Shown: piece after piece, positions 1 through 8,619 of the stretch
Numbering within the stretch: position 1 is the first letter of the stretch
Layout: the number at the start of each line of letters is the position of its first letter
Source of the DNA: Candidatus Hydrogenedentota bacterium
Lineage (GTDB): Bacteria; Hydrogenedentota; Hydrogenedentia; Hydrogenedentales; SLHB01
Assembly: GCA_034408725.1 (NCBI GenBank)
Contig: JAWXCN010000207.1
Location: 1 to 16,244 of the forward strand
Direction of reading: 5' to 3'
Length of the DNA stretch: 16,244 bases
Notes under the pieces: model-generated
Database searches by the model: none
What the model was told of the DNA's origin: nothing
What the model saw: the letters and a program-made list of their open reading frames with translations, nothing else
Translations under genes and position numbers: made by a program

Positions 1-697
1 GAATTATGGGTGGATAGACCCCGCTTCGCGCGAGCCAATCATGCCGCTCGATGCGTCGGAAGAAACGGACCGGCAATCGTTGCAACTCTATCACCGGGTC
101 GCCGACGCGGTCGCGTTACGCGGAAAAGACGTGCTTGAGATCGGCTGCGGCCGCGGCGGCGGCGCGGCGTATATCGCGAAGTACCTTGGGCCGCGCACGA
201 TGCACGGCGTGGATTTGTGTCCAAGCTCGATCACATTTTGCGCGGAAGAGTGGCAGTTGCCGGGGTTGTCGTTTTCGCAAGGCGCCGCCGAAGGATTGAA
301 GCTCGCAGACCAGTCCTTTGACGCCGTCGTAAACATCGAGTCCTCGCATTGCTATATACGGATGGCCTCATTCGTGCGGCACGTTTGGCGCGTGCTGCGG
401 CCCGGCGGATATTTTCTGTTCGCGGATTTCCGGCCCACCGCGCAAATCGAATCGCTCCGCGAAGAGTTGTTGGCCCCGGGCTTCGAGATGATCGAGGAAG
501 AGGACCTGAATCCCGGCATGCTACTGGCCCTGGATGCGGAAGACGCGCGGAAACGGGCATTCATCGAAACTAAAATATCGGAGCGGCGGCGAGCGATGTT
601 TGAAATGTTCGCGGCGGTAAAAGATTCGCCCATGTATCGTGCGTTTGCATCGGGCGAGGCCCGGTATGTCAGGTATGTATTGCGAAAGCCCGAGTGA
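1..697 (+). CDS. Class I SAM-dependent methyltransferase (phthiotriol/fatty-acid O-methyltransferase-like), 5' end outside the window
   Basis: Frame is open from base 2 (NYGWIDPASREPIM...), so the gene starts upstream of the window. SAM motif VLEIGCGRGGG, SFDAVVNIESSHCY and RVLRPGG are present. Confidence 0.85.
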   Translation, partial: NYGWIDPASREPIMPLDASEETDRQSLQLYHRVADAVALRGKDVLEIGCGRGGGAAYIAKYLGPRTMHGVDLCPSSITFCAEEWQLPGLSFSQGAAEGLKLADQSFDAVVNIESSHCYIRMASFVRHVWRVLRPGGYFLFADFRPTAQIESLREELLAPGFEMIEEEDLNPGMLLALDAEDARKRAFIETKISERRRAMFEMFAAVKDSPMYRAFASGEARYVRYVLRKPE

Positions 698-726
698 CGT
701 TGAACAGGAACTTCAAGGGGACCGAA

Positions 727-1758
727 ATGGCTCGTATACTTCGATTCGCGTTTGCCGCACTCCTCGCGTGTGGACCAGTCTTCGCTGAAGACGACGATGG
801 CGTCATGGGCGTGTGGGAAGGAAAAGTTTCCGCACCGGGATGGGAATCGCGCACGATCAAGGCGAAAATCTGGGGCGTGAAAAAAGGTGCGTGGGACGGC
901 AAATTTGAGATCATCGAAAATGACAAAGCCATCGGCGCCGGCACGCTCAGCGATTCCGTAACAGATACCAACGCGACGTTCACCGGCGCAGCGAGCCTCG
1001 ACTCCGAGTATCTGCTCACTGCAACCTCCGTGGACGGAAAAATGACGGGACATTTCACTCCGGGTCGCCTTTCCGCGAAGGGCAGCACCAAACCGGACCG
1101 CAAAGGCGGCACACCACTGCCATTTGAACTGACGCGAATCCAGGTCAAGCCGCCGTCGCTGGGCGCCGCGCCGCCGGAAGGCGCAGTTGTGCTTCTGCGC
1201 GATGGCAACCAGGATGCGTGGGAGACGCGCCCGGAGAAATGGTCGCCGATCGCGAACGGCGGCTTTGAAGTTGCGAATCCCGCCATCGTCACAAAACAGG
1301 AATTTGGCAGCGCGAAGGTTCATTTGGAATTCGCGACACCTTACATGCCGAACGAAGGCGTTGGCAGTCAGGCGCGTGGCAATAGTGGCGTGTACGTGCA
1401 AGGTAGATACGAGATTCAAGTGCTCGATAGTTTCGGCGTCGAGCCGCAAAACAATCTTTGCGGCGGCATTTATAAAATTGCCGTGCCGCTCGCGGAAGCG
1501 GCGCTTCCCCCGCTGACATGGCAAACGTATGACATCGAGTTTTACGCGCCGAAGTTTGATGCCGCGGGAAAGAAGACGCAGGACGCGGAACTGACGGTCC
1601 TGCACAATGGCATCACCATTCATGATCATCTGAAACTGCCGAACGCAACGCCGGGCGGGATTACAGACGTGGAAGGTCCGCTCGGTCCACTGCTTCTGCA
1701 ACACCATAATGATCGCGTCCAGTTCGCGAACATCTGGGTGCAACCGATCAGCGAATGA
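727..1758 (+). CDS. Secreted DUF1080 (3-keto-disaccharide hydrolase-like) domain protein
   Basis: ATG 727 follows AAGGGG. Signal peptide MARILRFAFAALLACGPVFA. C-terminal DUF1080 motifs HLEF, GNSGVYVQGRYEIQVLDS, WQTYDIEF, LLLQHH..VQFANIWV. Confidence 0.85.
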   Translation: MARILRFAFAALLACGPVFAEDDDGVMGVWEGKVSAPGWESRTIKAKIWGVKKGAWDGKFEIIENDKAIGAGTLSDSVTDTNATFTGAASLDSEYLLTATSVDGKMTGHFTPGRLSAKGSTKPDRKGGTPLPFELTRIQVKPPSLGAAPPEGAVVLLRDGNQDAWETRPEKWSPIANGGFEVANPAIVTKQEFGSAKVHLEFATPYMPNEGVGSQARGNSGVYVQGRYEIQVLDSFGVEPQNNLCGGIYKIAVPLAEAALPPLTWQTYDIEFYAPKFDAAGKKTQDAELTVLHNGITIHDHLKLPNATPGGITDVEGPLGPLLLQHHNDRVQFANIWVQPISE

Positions 1759-1776
1759 GCACAGCGCATTCATATC

Positions 1777-2526
1777 ATGTCCAGCTTCGCTCCCCGCGGA
1801 ACATCTGAGCAACGCATGCGCGTTTCGCTTGTCATTCCCGCATATAACGAAGCCACGCGCATCGGCGCGACGCTGACGGATGTCCGCGGGTATTTTGCAA
1901 ATCAGCCGTATGATTCCGAAATTATCGTCGTCGACGATGGCAGCGCGGACAACACGGCGAACGCCGTCGGAACGCAGTTTCCAGATGTACGTGTCATTGC
2001 GTATCAACCCAATCGCGGCAAAGGCAACGCCGTGCGCGCGGGCATGCTGCACGCCCGCGGCGAGATTCGCGTGTATTACGACGCGGACGGCTCGACGCCC
2101 ATCAGCGAATTGGAAAAGCTTCTCCCCCACTTCGACGCCGGCGCGGACATCGTCATTGGCTCGCGGTTGATGGACGCATCGCAAATCGAGATTCACCAGG
2201 GTGTCGTGCGGGAAGCGATGGGCCGCATGTTCAATCGCGTCATGCACACACTCGGCCTCACTGAACTCAGCGATACGCAGTGCGGGTTCAAAGCGTTCAC
2301 CGCGCGCGCAACGGATATCTGCTTCACGCGGCAAACCCTCGAACGATTCAGCTTCGACGTGGAAGTGCTCTACATCGCGCAACGGCATGGGCTGAAAATC
2401 GTCGAAGTTCCAATTCGTTGGCTCAACAACCCGGACAGCCGCGTGCGCATGGTCCGCGATGCAATTCCAACCATGCGCGATATATTGGCGATACGACGAA
2501 ATTCGCGGATGGGTGTGTATGACTAA
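1777..2526 (+). CDS. GT2 glycosyltransferase, polyprenol/dolichyl-phosphate glycosyltransferase-like (alternative start ATG 1816)
   Basis: VSLVIPAYNE, IIVVDDGSAD, NRGKGNAVRAG, DADGS, DTQCGFKAF, FDVEVL, EVPIRW. Confidence 0.9.
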   Translation: MSSFAPRGTSEQRMRVSLVIPAYNEATRIGATLTDVRGYFANQPYDSEIIVVDDGSADNTANAVGTQFPDVRVIAYQPNRGKGNAVRAGMLHARGEIRVYYDADGSTPISELEKLLPHFDAGADIVIGSRLMDASQIEIHQGVVREAMGRMFNRVMHTLGLTELSDTQCGFKAFTARATDICFTRQTLERFSFDVEVLYIAQRHGLKIVEVPIRWLNNPDSRVRMVRDAIPTMRDILAIRRNSRMGVYD

Positions 2527-2580
2527 TTGGCGCTATGTCTTGTATTTGCGACAATCGCGTGCGCGTACGCAATGCACGCG

Positions 2581-2668
2581 CGGATAGCCGCATGCCACGA
2601 ATGATAGGTTTCCCGCCAAATGTATCTGGATTGGCAGTTATTCGGTCACGCAAGGATTCGTATTCCAT
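2581..2668 (-). pseudogene. 5' fragment of a DUF433-family (antitoxin-type) gene
   Basis: AAAGGA RBS, then ATG 2668: MEYESLRDRITANPDTFGGKPIIRGMRLS matches the DUF433 signature RI..nP...gGKP.IRG.R.sV. Similarity stops after codon 29 and the frame runs on antisense into the GT2 gene. Confidence 0.8.
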
Positions 2669-2731
2669 TGCGTCGGTCCTTTCGGTCAATCGTTGAACGG
2701 TCGGGCTTAAGAGTCTCTAACGATACTGCCG

Positions 2732-2851
2732 TAACCCCTTCGGGGTAAAAACCGGTGGGGTGGACGCGTGATCCTGGGGTAGGAAGGCGCGCAAACTGCC
2801 GCGCGCCTTCCTACCCCAGGCTGCGTGCCATAATCCCTTCGGGATAAAGAC
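2732..2851. repeat. Tripartite palindromic element: UUCG mini-hairpin / perfect 20-bp inverted repeat / UUCG mini-hairpin
   Basis: CCTGGGGTAGGAAGGCGCGC (2773-2792) and its exact reverse complement (2801-2820), flanked by ACCCCTTCGGGGT (2734-2746) and ATCCCTTCGGGAT (2833-2845). Confidence 0.85.
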
Positions 2852-2905
2852 AAGCTAAAGTTTTGTTTGAGTCTACGTCAGCGTTTTCAAGTATGATTCG
2901 CGTCG

Positions 2906-4084
2906 CTAAGGCAGCAACGCATTTTTCGCTTCCGCGACCGCCACACCTGTATTGATAGGCGCGTTCATTGCACTCAAGACGGCGTCCATGGCGCCCAGGC
3001 AGGCGTATACATTCTTCGGAGTGGACGAATGTCCCATAAGACCGATGCGCCAGATTCTTCCCGCCATTGCGCCGAGGCCGGCGCCGATTTCGATGCTGTA
3101 ATCGTTGAGAAGCGCGCTACGGACGGCGGCCTCGTCGATTCCTTCGGGCACGCTTACGGCGTTGAGTTGCGGAAGACGAAACTCCTCGCGCACCACGAAC
3201 GAAAGACCCATAGCCTCAAACCCCGCGCGCAACGCGAGGTGGTTACGCAGATGGCGCGCCCAGGAACTCTCGATGCCCTCATCCTTCAGGATCACGAGGG
3301 CCTCGTGCAATCCGTATAGCAAATTGATCGGCGCGGTATGGTGGTACGCGCGTTTGCCATCGCCACCCCAGTAGGACATAACCAATTGCAAATCGAGAAA
3401 CCAACTTTGCACTTTCGAGGTGCGCGCCTGAATCTTCTCGATGGCCCGCGCGCCAAAACTCACGGGCGACAAACCCGGCGAGCATGACAAACACTTCTGC
3501 GATCCGGAATACACTGCGTCTATCGCCCACTCGTCGACCTTCAACGGAATGCCGCCTAATGACGTAACGGTATCGGCAATCGAGAGGCACCCGTATTGTT
3601 GCGCGAGCGAGGTCAATGCCTTCACGTCCGACTGCGCGCCGGTCGAGGTTTCTGCGTGAACAAACGCGAGCACCTTTGTATCGGGATGGTTTTTCAGCGC
3701 GGCCTCGACCTTGTTCGGATCGACCGGCTCGCCCCACGCATCCTGTACCATGATCGCCGTGCCGCCGCAACGCTCAACGTTTTCCTTCATTCGCCCGCCA
3801 AACACGCCGTTCTGGCACACAATGACTTCGTCGCCCGGCTCGACGAGATTCACAAAACAACATTCCATGCCCGCCGATCCCGGCGCAGAGACCGCAAACG
3901 TCATTTCGTTCTTCGTCTGAAACGCGTACCGCAGCAGGTCCTTCACTTCGTCCATCATTCGAATGAATTCGGGATCCAGATGGCCAAGCGTCGGCCGCGC
4001 CATCGCCGCCAACACTCGCGGGTTGATGTCCGACGGGCCAGGGCCCATGAGGGTGCGTTGCGGCGGATGAAAGGAGGTGGTCAC
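2906..4084 (-). CDS. Alanine--glyoxylate / serine--pyruvate aminotransferase (class V PLP enzyme)
   Basis: LMGPGPS, LGHLDPEF, VHAETSTG, DTVTSLGG, PLP-lysine motif SGSQKCLSCSPG, YHHTAP, WRIGLMG. GTG start follows GAGGT. Confidence 0.92.
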   Translation of the reverse strand: MTTSFHPPQRTLMGPGPSDINPRVLAAMARPTLGHLDPEFIRMMDEVKDLLRYAFQTKNEMTFAVSAPGSAGMECCFVNLVEPGDEVIVCQNGVFGGRMKENVERCGGTAIMVQDAWGEPVDPNKVEAALKNHPDTKVLAFVHAETSTGAQSDVKALTSLAQQYGCLSIADTVTSLGGIPLKVDEWAIDAVYSGSQKCLSCSPGLSPVSFGARAIEKIQARTSKVQSWFLDLQLVMSYWGGDGKRAYHHTAPINLLYGLHEALVILKDEGIESSWARHLRNHLALRAGFEAMGLSFVVREEFRLPQLNAVSVPEGIDEAAVRSALLNDYSIEIGAGLGAMAGRIWRIGLMGHSSTPKNVYACLGAMDAVLSAMNAPINTGVAVAEAKNALLP

Positions 4085-4110
4085 CAGATTGTTACCTCGA
4101 AGTTGATGGA

Positions 4111-4309
4111 TTACGATTCGTAGCGATATTTTTCCAGGAGTTCGATGTCGTGAAGGTCAAGGTGGCGACCCGACGCTTTCTTGGAAGCGATGAGATCATC
4201 GCGGCTAATAAAGTTTGTTATGACGTCGCCGAATTTGGCTCTCACCTTCCACCAGGTATTTAACCTGGAATTTTTCCATAGTGCTCAATATCTCTTCGAA
4301 CTCTGTCAT
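4111..4309 (-). pseudogene. Small nucleotidyltransferase-fold protein (DUF6036-like) with large internal deletion and frameshift
   Basis: ATG 4309 gives MTEFEEILSTMEKFQVKYLVEG (family N-terminus F.ELL......V.YL.vGG). From ~4248 another frame gives KVRAKFGDVITNFISRDDLIASKKASGRHLDLHDIELLEKYRYES* (family C-terminus IS..DLI..K.A.GR..D..D...L), stop at 4113-4111. The catalytic middle is missing. Confidence 0.72.
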
Positions 4310-4475
4310 CAAGCGCAATTCCCTTTAAACGATACGCGTCAAGGACCATCTGATGCGCCGCGGCAAATATAGCCGCAGAACCAAGCCTTTGCCAATAAGC
4401 AATATCGAAACTGCGATCCAAGCCCTCAAGTTTGCCGTATCGTTCTACGGGTTCTGATGCATGGTCATCTCTCAT
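4260..4475 (-). CDS. 71-aa hypothetical protein, upstream partner of the nucleotidyltransferase (putative antitoxin-like component)
   Basis: ATG 4475 follows GGGGAA. MRDDHASEPVERYGKLEGLDRSFDIAYWQRLGSAAIFAAAHQMV... is intact and overlaps the NTase start by 50 nt. The DRSFDI.YWQ motif is recalled from similar two-gene modules. Confidence 0.65.
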   Translation of the reverse strand: MRDDHASEPVERYGKLEGLDRSFDIAYWQRLGSAAIFAAAHQMVLDAYRLKGIALDDRVRRDIEHYGKIPG

Positions 4476-4499
4476 TGCATTTCCCCAAAAGCGAGATCT

Positions 4500-4623
4500 T
4501 GCGCTTGACCGTTTCTTCAACAAAATTGACGTGCCGTTGCGCAAGAACTGGATCGCGCTGAGCTTAGTAGCTGGCCGTTTCTTGATACTCTTGAAGAGCG
4601 TCGGGATGAAACTTGTAGTTCAT
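4500..4623 (-). pseudogene. RelE/ParE-family toxin, nonsense-mutated and 3'-truncated
   Basis: ATG 4623 overlaps the antitoxin stop (TGATG). MNYKFHPDALQEYQETASY*AQRDPVLAQRHVNFVEETVKR fits the ParE N-terminus (FHP.A..E..EA..YY). In-frame TAA at 4566-4564; similarity is lost at ~4500. Confidence 0.8.
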
Positions 4624-4853
4624 CACGGAAGGGAATCGCGAACTCTACGTAGCGCCTCATCCCCAGGAATTGTATCGACGCGGCCGGCGCGTACATCATC
4701 CCGCCGGCGCTTGGCTTCGTCGAGCCAAACGGAGTCGATCCGTCCCAGCCCGGCGACATCAAGGCTTTCAGCAAGCAAGTCTGCCAACTGGGCGCGCGAT
4801 TCCGCCGGCAGCGACATCGCCTGCTCCGCCAATTCGTCAATGGTGCTAGCCAC
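4623..4853 (-). CDS. Putative addiction module component (TIGR02574-type antitoxin), 76 aa
   Basis: GTG 4853: MASTIDELAEQAMSLPAESRAQLADLLAESLD...WLDEAKRRRDDVRAGRVDTIPGDEALRRVR. Typical LP..eRa.La..L..SL and W..E..RR......G motifs; translationally coupled to a ParE-like gene. Confidence 0.88.
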   Translation of the reverse strand: MASTIDELAEQAMSLPAESRAQLADLLAESLDVAGLGRIDSVWLDEAKRRRDDVRAGRVDTIPGDEALRRVRDSLP

Positions 4854-4859
4854 AAGTAA

Positions 4860-4888
4860 ACGATACTCCCGCAGGCCGTGCTTCGCAA
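4860..4888 (-). promoter_or_regulatory. Sigma70-type promoter of the addiction module, probably giving a leaderless mRNA
   Basis: TTGCGA (4888-4883), 17 nt, TATCGT (4865-4860), 6 nt, then the GTG start at 4853. Confidence 0.55.
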
Positions 4889-4931
4889 CATGCGCGCCTG
4901 GTATTCCTAACGCCGAATGACGCAAGAAGCG

Positions 4932-5003
4932 TCATGGTTTCAGCGATACCTTGTGCTTTGATAGATTTGTTTTCGCTTTCTCGATGACCCACGAGAATCT
5001 CAC
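4932..5003 (-). pseudogene. 5' fragment of a BrnT-family toxin gene
   Basis: GGGGTGA RBS-like sequence, then GTG 5003: MRFSWVIEKAKTNLSKHKVSLKP*, matching the BrnT N-terminus M.F.WD..KA..N..KH.VSF. Only 23 codons remain; no brnA follows. Confidence 0.75.
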
Positions 5004-5036
5004 TTGCCATCACCCCCACAAGATATCGACACCTTC

Positions 5037-5072
5037 GAAAAGGAAAACCCGCCGGCGGACACACCGCCGGCG
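5037..5072 (-). terminator. Terminator-like hairpin
   Basis: Perfect 9-bp stem CGCCGGCGG (5050-5058) / CCGCCGGCG (5064-5072), followed on the minus strand by GGTTTTCCTTTT. Confidence 0.5.
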
Positions 5073-5281
5073 CATGCTCACCGATGACTTCGATTATCTC
5101 CAAGAACGCCGAATCGGAACTCAGCGCTGGCGGCATGCTGACGTAAGTGGACTTGGTGGACGGAGTGGACTGGGTGGACGCTATGGACAGACATGGACAG
5201 ACACGGACAAGCACGGAGTTCTTCGATGCGGGATAGTTGAGGTCATCGGTAAGCACGCGCCGAATCGGAATTCAGCGCTAC
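5072..5281. repeat. Two partial copies of a GTAG-type REP/REPIN-like element
   Basis: CGCCGAATCGGAAYTCAGCGCT at 5107-5128 and 5258-5279 (1 mismatch). The minus strand of the second copy reads GTAG-CGCTGAAT-TCCG-ATTCGGCG. Adjacent segments 5072-5107 and 5218-5258 are imperfect inverted copies of each other. Confidence 0.7.
5147..5218 (+). repeat. Short tandem array of RYGGAC units, period 9 then 10 bp
   Basis: GTGGAC at 5147, 5156, 5165, 5174; ATGGAC at 5183, 5193; ACGGAC at 5203; ACGGAG at 5213. Confidence 0.85.
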
Positions 5282-5298
5282 ATCAATTCACTCTTTGA

Positions 5299-5336
5299 AG
5301 AGAAATGGCAAACGCCCGGCCGTTTGGCCGGGCGTT
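5299..5336 (-). terminator. Rho-independent terminator downstream of aceBA
   Basis: 11-bp stem AACGCCCGGCC (5311-5321) / GGCCGGGCGTT (5326-5336), followed on the minus strand by TGCCATTTCTCT. Confidence 0.6.
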
Positions 5337-5411
5337 GCTTCCCCTCGGACTGCAAGGCCAGGAAGTGGCCTGTTCGAGCTATGTTCGTATATGCGGGGTT
5401 GTCGCCGGGGC

Positions 5412-5460
5412 TACATCCCCCGTCGCTTCGCGCCGCCCCCCTTCAAATTTCAAAGGGAGA
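5412..5460. repeat. C-rich hairpin repeat, related to the element at 16186-16220
   Basis: TACATCCCCC...CCCCCCTTCAAATTTCAAAGGGAG, compared with TACATCCCCCTAAATCCCCCTTCAAAGGGGG at the right end of the window. Confidence 0.55.
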
Positions 5461-5494
5461 ATTTTCATGAGCGCGCTTTACGCGCATGAATTAT

Positions 5495-5575
5495 CGGGAG
5501 GGCGCGCGTCCTCGCGCGCCGCGCATGGACATATAATCGCGGGGACCAAAGCGCGCGGGGACGCGCGCCCTCCCG
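5495..5575. repeat. GGAG-type REP doublet (REPIN-like)
   Basis: 25-bp inverted arms CGGGAGGGCGCGCGTCCTCGCGCGC (5495-5519) and GCGCGCGGGGACGCGCGCCCTCCCG (5551-5575), 1 mismatch. Each arm carries an internal palindrome preceded by GGAG; 31-nt spacer; 8 nt from the aceA stop. Confidence 0.8.
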
Positions 5576-5583
5576 GGATCTGT

Positions 5584-6942
5584 TTAGTGTTTGCCGTTTC
5601 CTCCGGCGTTGAACTGGTCTTGTTCGGTGGAGCCGTCTAGGGCGGTGACGGATGATGCGCCGCCGGAGATCGCTTCCATGATGCGGTCGAAGTAGCCGGT
5701 GCCGACGAATTTCTGGTGGGTGGTGGCCATGTAGCCGCTGCCCTTTTCGTATTTGAACTCTTTTTCCTGGAACCGGGAGTAGGCGCCCATGCCTTCAGTT
5801 TTGTAGCTGCGGGCGAGGTTGAACATGCCGAGGTTGAGCGAGTGGAACCCGGCCAATGTGACGAACTGGAACTTGTATCCCATAGCGCCGAGTTCGCGCT
5901 GGAACTTTGCGATGGTGGGTTCGTCGAGGTTGCGTTTCCAGTTGAACGATGGCGAGCAGTTGTAGCTCAGGAGTTTTCCCGGGAACTTCGCGTGGATGCC
6001 TTCTGCGAATTTCTTTGCGTCTTTCAGGCAGGGCGTGGAGGTCTCGCACCAGATCATGTCGGAGTATGGGGCGTAGGCGAGACCGCGCGCGATGGCCATA
6101 TCGACGCCGCCCTTGATGCCGTAGAACCCTTCCGAGGTGCGGTCGCCGGTGAGGAACGGGTTATCGCGGGGATCGATGTCCGACGTGAGCAGTTTGGCCG
6201 AATCGGCGTCCGTGCGCGCGACGAGCAAGGTTGGGACGCCGCAGATGTCCGCGGCGAGACGCGCGGCGATGAGTTTCACGATGAACTCCTGCGTGGGCAC
6301 GAGGACTTTGCCACCCATGTGTCCGCATTTTTTGGCGGAGGCGAGTTGGTCCTCGAAGTGGACACCGGCGGCGCCCGCTTCGATCATTGATTTCATCAAT
6401 TCGTGCGCGTTGAGCGGTCCGCCGAAGCCGGCTTCCGCATCAGCGATGATTGGCGCATACCAGTATGGTCCGCCTTTGCGTCCGTCGAGGACCTGGATTT
6501 GGTCTGCGCGACGCAGCGCGTTGTTAATTTTGCGCACGACCGCGGGCACGCTGTTGCTCGGGTAGAGGCTTTGATCCGGGTACATTTGGTCGGCGAGGTT
6601 TGCGTCCGCGGCCACTTGCCATCCGCTGAGGTAGATGGCTTTCAAGCCAGCTTCGATCTGTTGGACGGCCTGGTTGCCGGTGAGCGCTCCGAGCGCGGGG
6701 ATATAGTCCTCCGTGTGCAGGAGGTGCCACAGCCGTTCCGCGCCCATCTCGGCGAAGGTGTACTCGATTTTTGCGGTGCCGCGAAAACGCAAGACGTCGT
6801 CCGCGGTGTAGGGACGCACAATGCCTTTCCAGCGATCGTCGTTTTCCCAGATAGTGCGCAATACGCGCGCTTCTTCGGGATCAATGTCGTGCCGCGAAAT
6901 GCGCTCTTCCAGCGCGACGGCCATTTCCTGAACGGTCTTCAT
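5584..6942 (-). CDS. aceA: Isocitrate lyase
   Basis: Catalytic [70 protein letters not shown]. Confidence 0.98.
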   Translation of the reverse strand: MKTVQEMAVALEERISRHDIDPEEARVLRTIWENDDRWKGIVRPYTADDVLRFRGTAKIEYTFAEMGAERLWHLLHTEDYIPALGALTGNQAVQQIEAGLKAIYLSGWQVAADANLADQMYPDQSLYPSNSVPAVVRKINNALRRADQIQVLDGRKGGPYWYAPIIADAEAGFGGPLNAHELMKSMIEAGAAGVHFEDQLASAKKCGHMGGKVLVPTQEFIVKLIAARLAADICGVPTLLVARTDADSAKLLTSDIDPRDNPFLTGDRTSEGFYGIKGGVDMAIARGLAYAPYSDMIWCETSTPCLKDAKKFAEGIHAKFPGKLLSYNCSPSFNWKRNLDEPTIAKFQRELGAMGYKFQFVTLAGFHSLNLGMFNLARSYKTEGMGAYSRFQEKEFKYEKGSGYMATTHQKFVGTGYFDRIMEAISGGASSVTALDGSTEQDQFNAGGNGKH

Positions 6943-6955
6943 TTTGTTGTCTCCC

Positions 6956-8554
<1,599 letters not shown>

Positions 8555-8619
8555 TTTGCGACCCGTCTTGCCCTTTTGCCGGTTCGATGCTGGTAGTAGC
8601 CGGTCTCGTCCCTGACACT

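Noticed and set aside
352-2388. 678-aa minus-strand ORF and other long antisense ORFs (e.g. 7172-8029, 12518-13489, 13847-14698)
   Set aside because: They are shadows of well-supported genes on the opposite strand in GC-rich DNA and show no recognisable motifs.
4111-5003. Integron cassette array explanation for the stacked TA genes
   Set aside because: No RYYYAAC...GTTRRRY attC-like sites were found between modules and there is no integrase in the window.
5107-5281. 22-bp direct repeats or GGAC arrays as a CRISPR array
   Set aside because: Only two copies about 130 bp apart; the GGAC units are 9-10 bp with no unique spacers; no cas genes.
4846-5298. ORFs 4846-5256 (-) and 4951-5298 (+), both containing MLTDD
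   Set aside because: The shared peptide comes from the inverted DNA repeat. The frames cross terminators and repeats and look non-coding.
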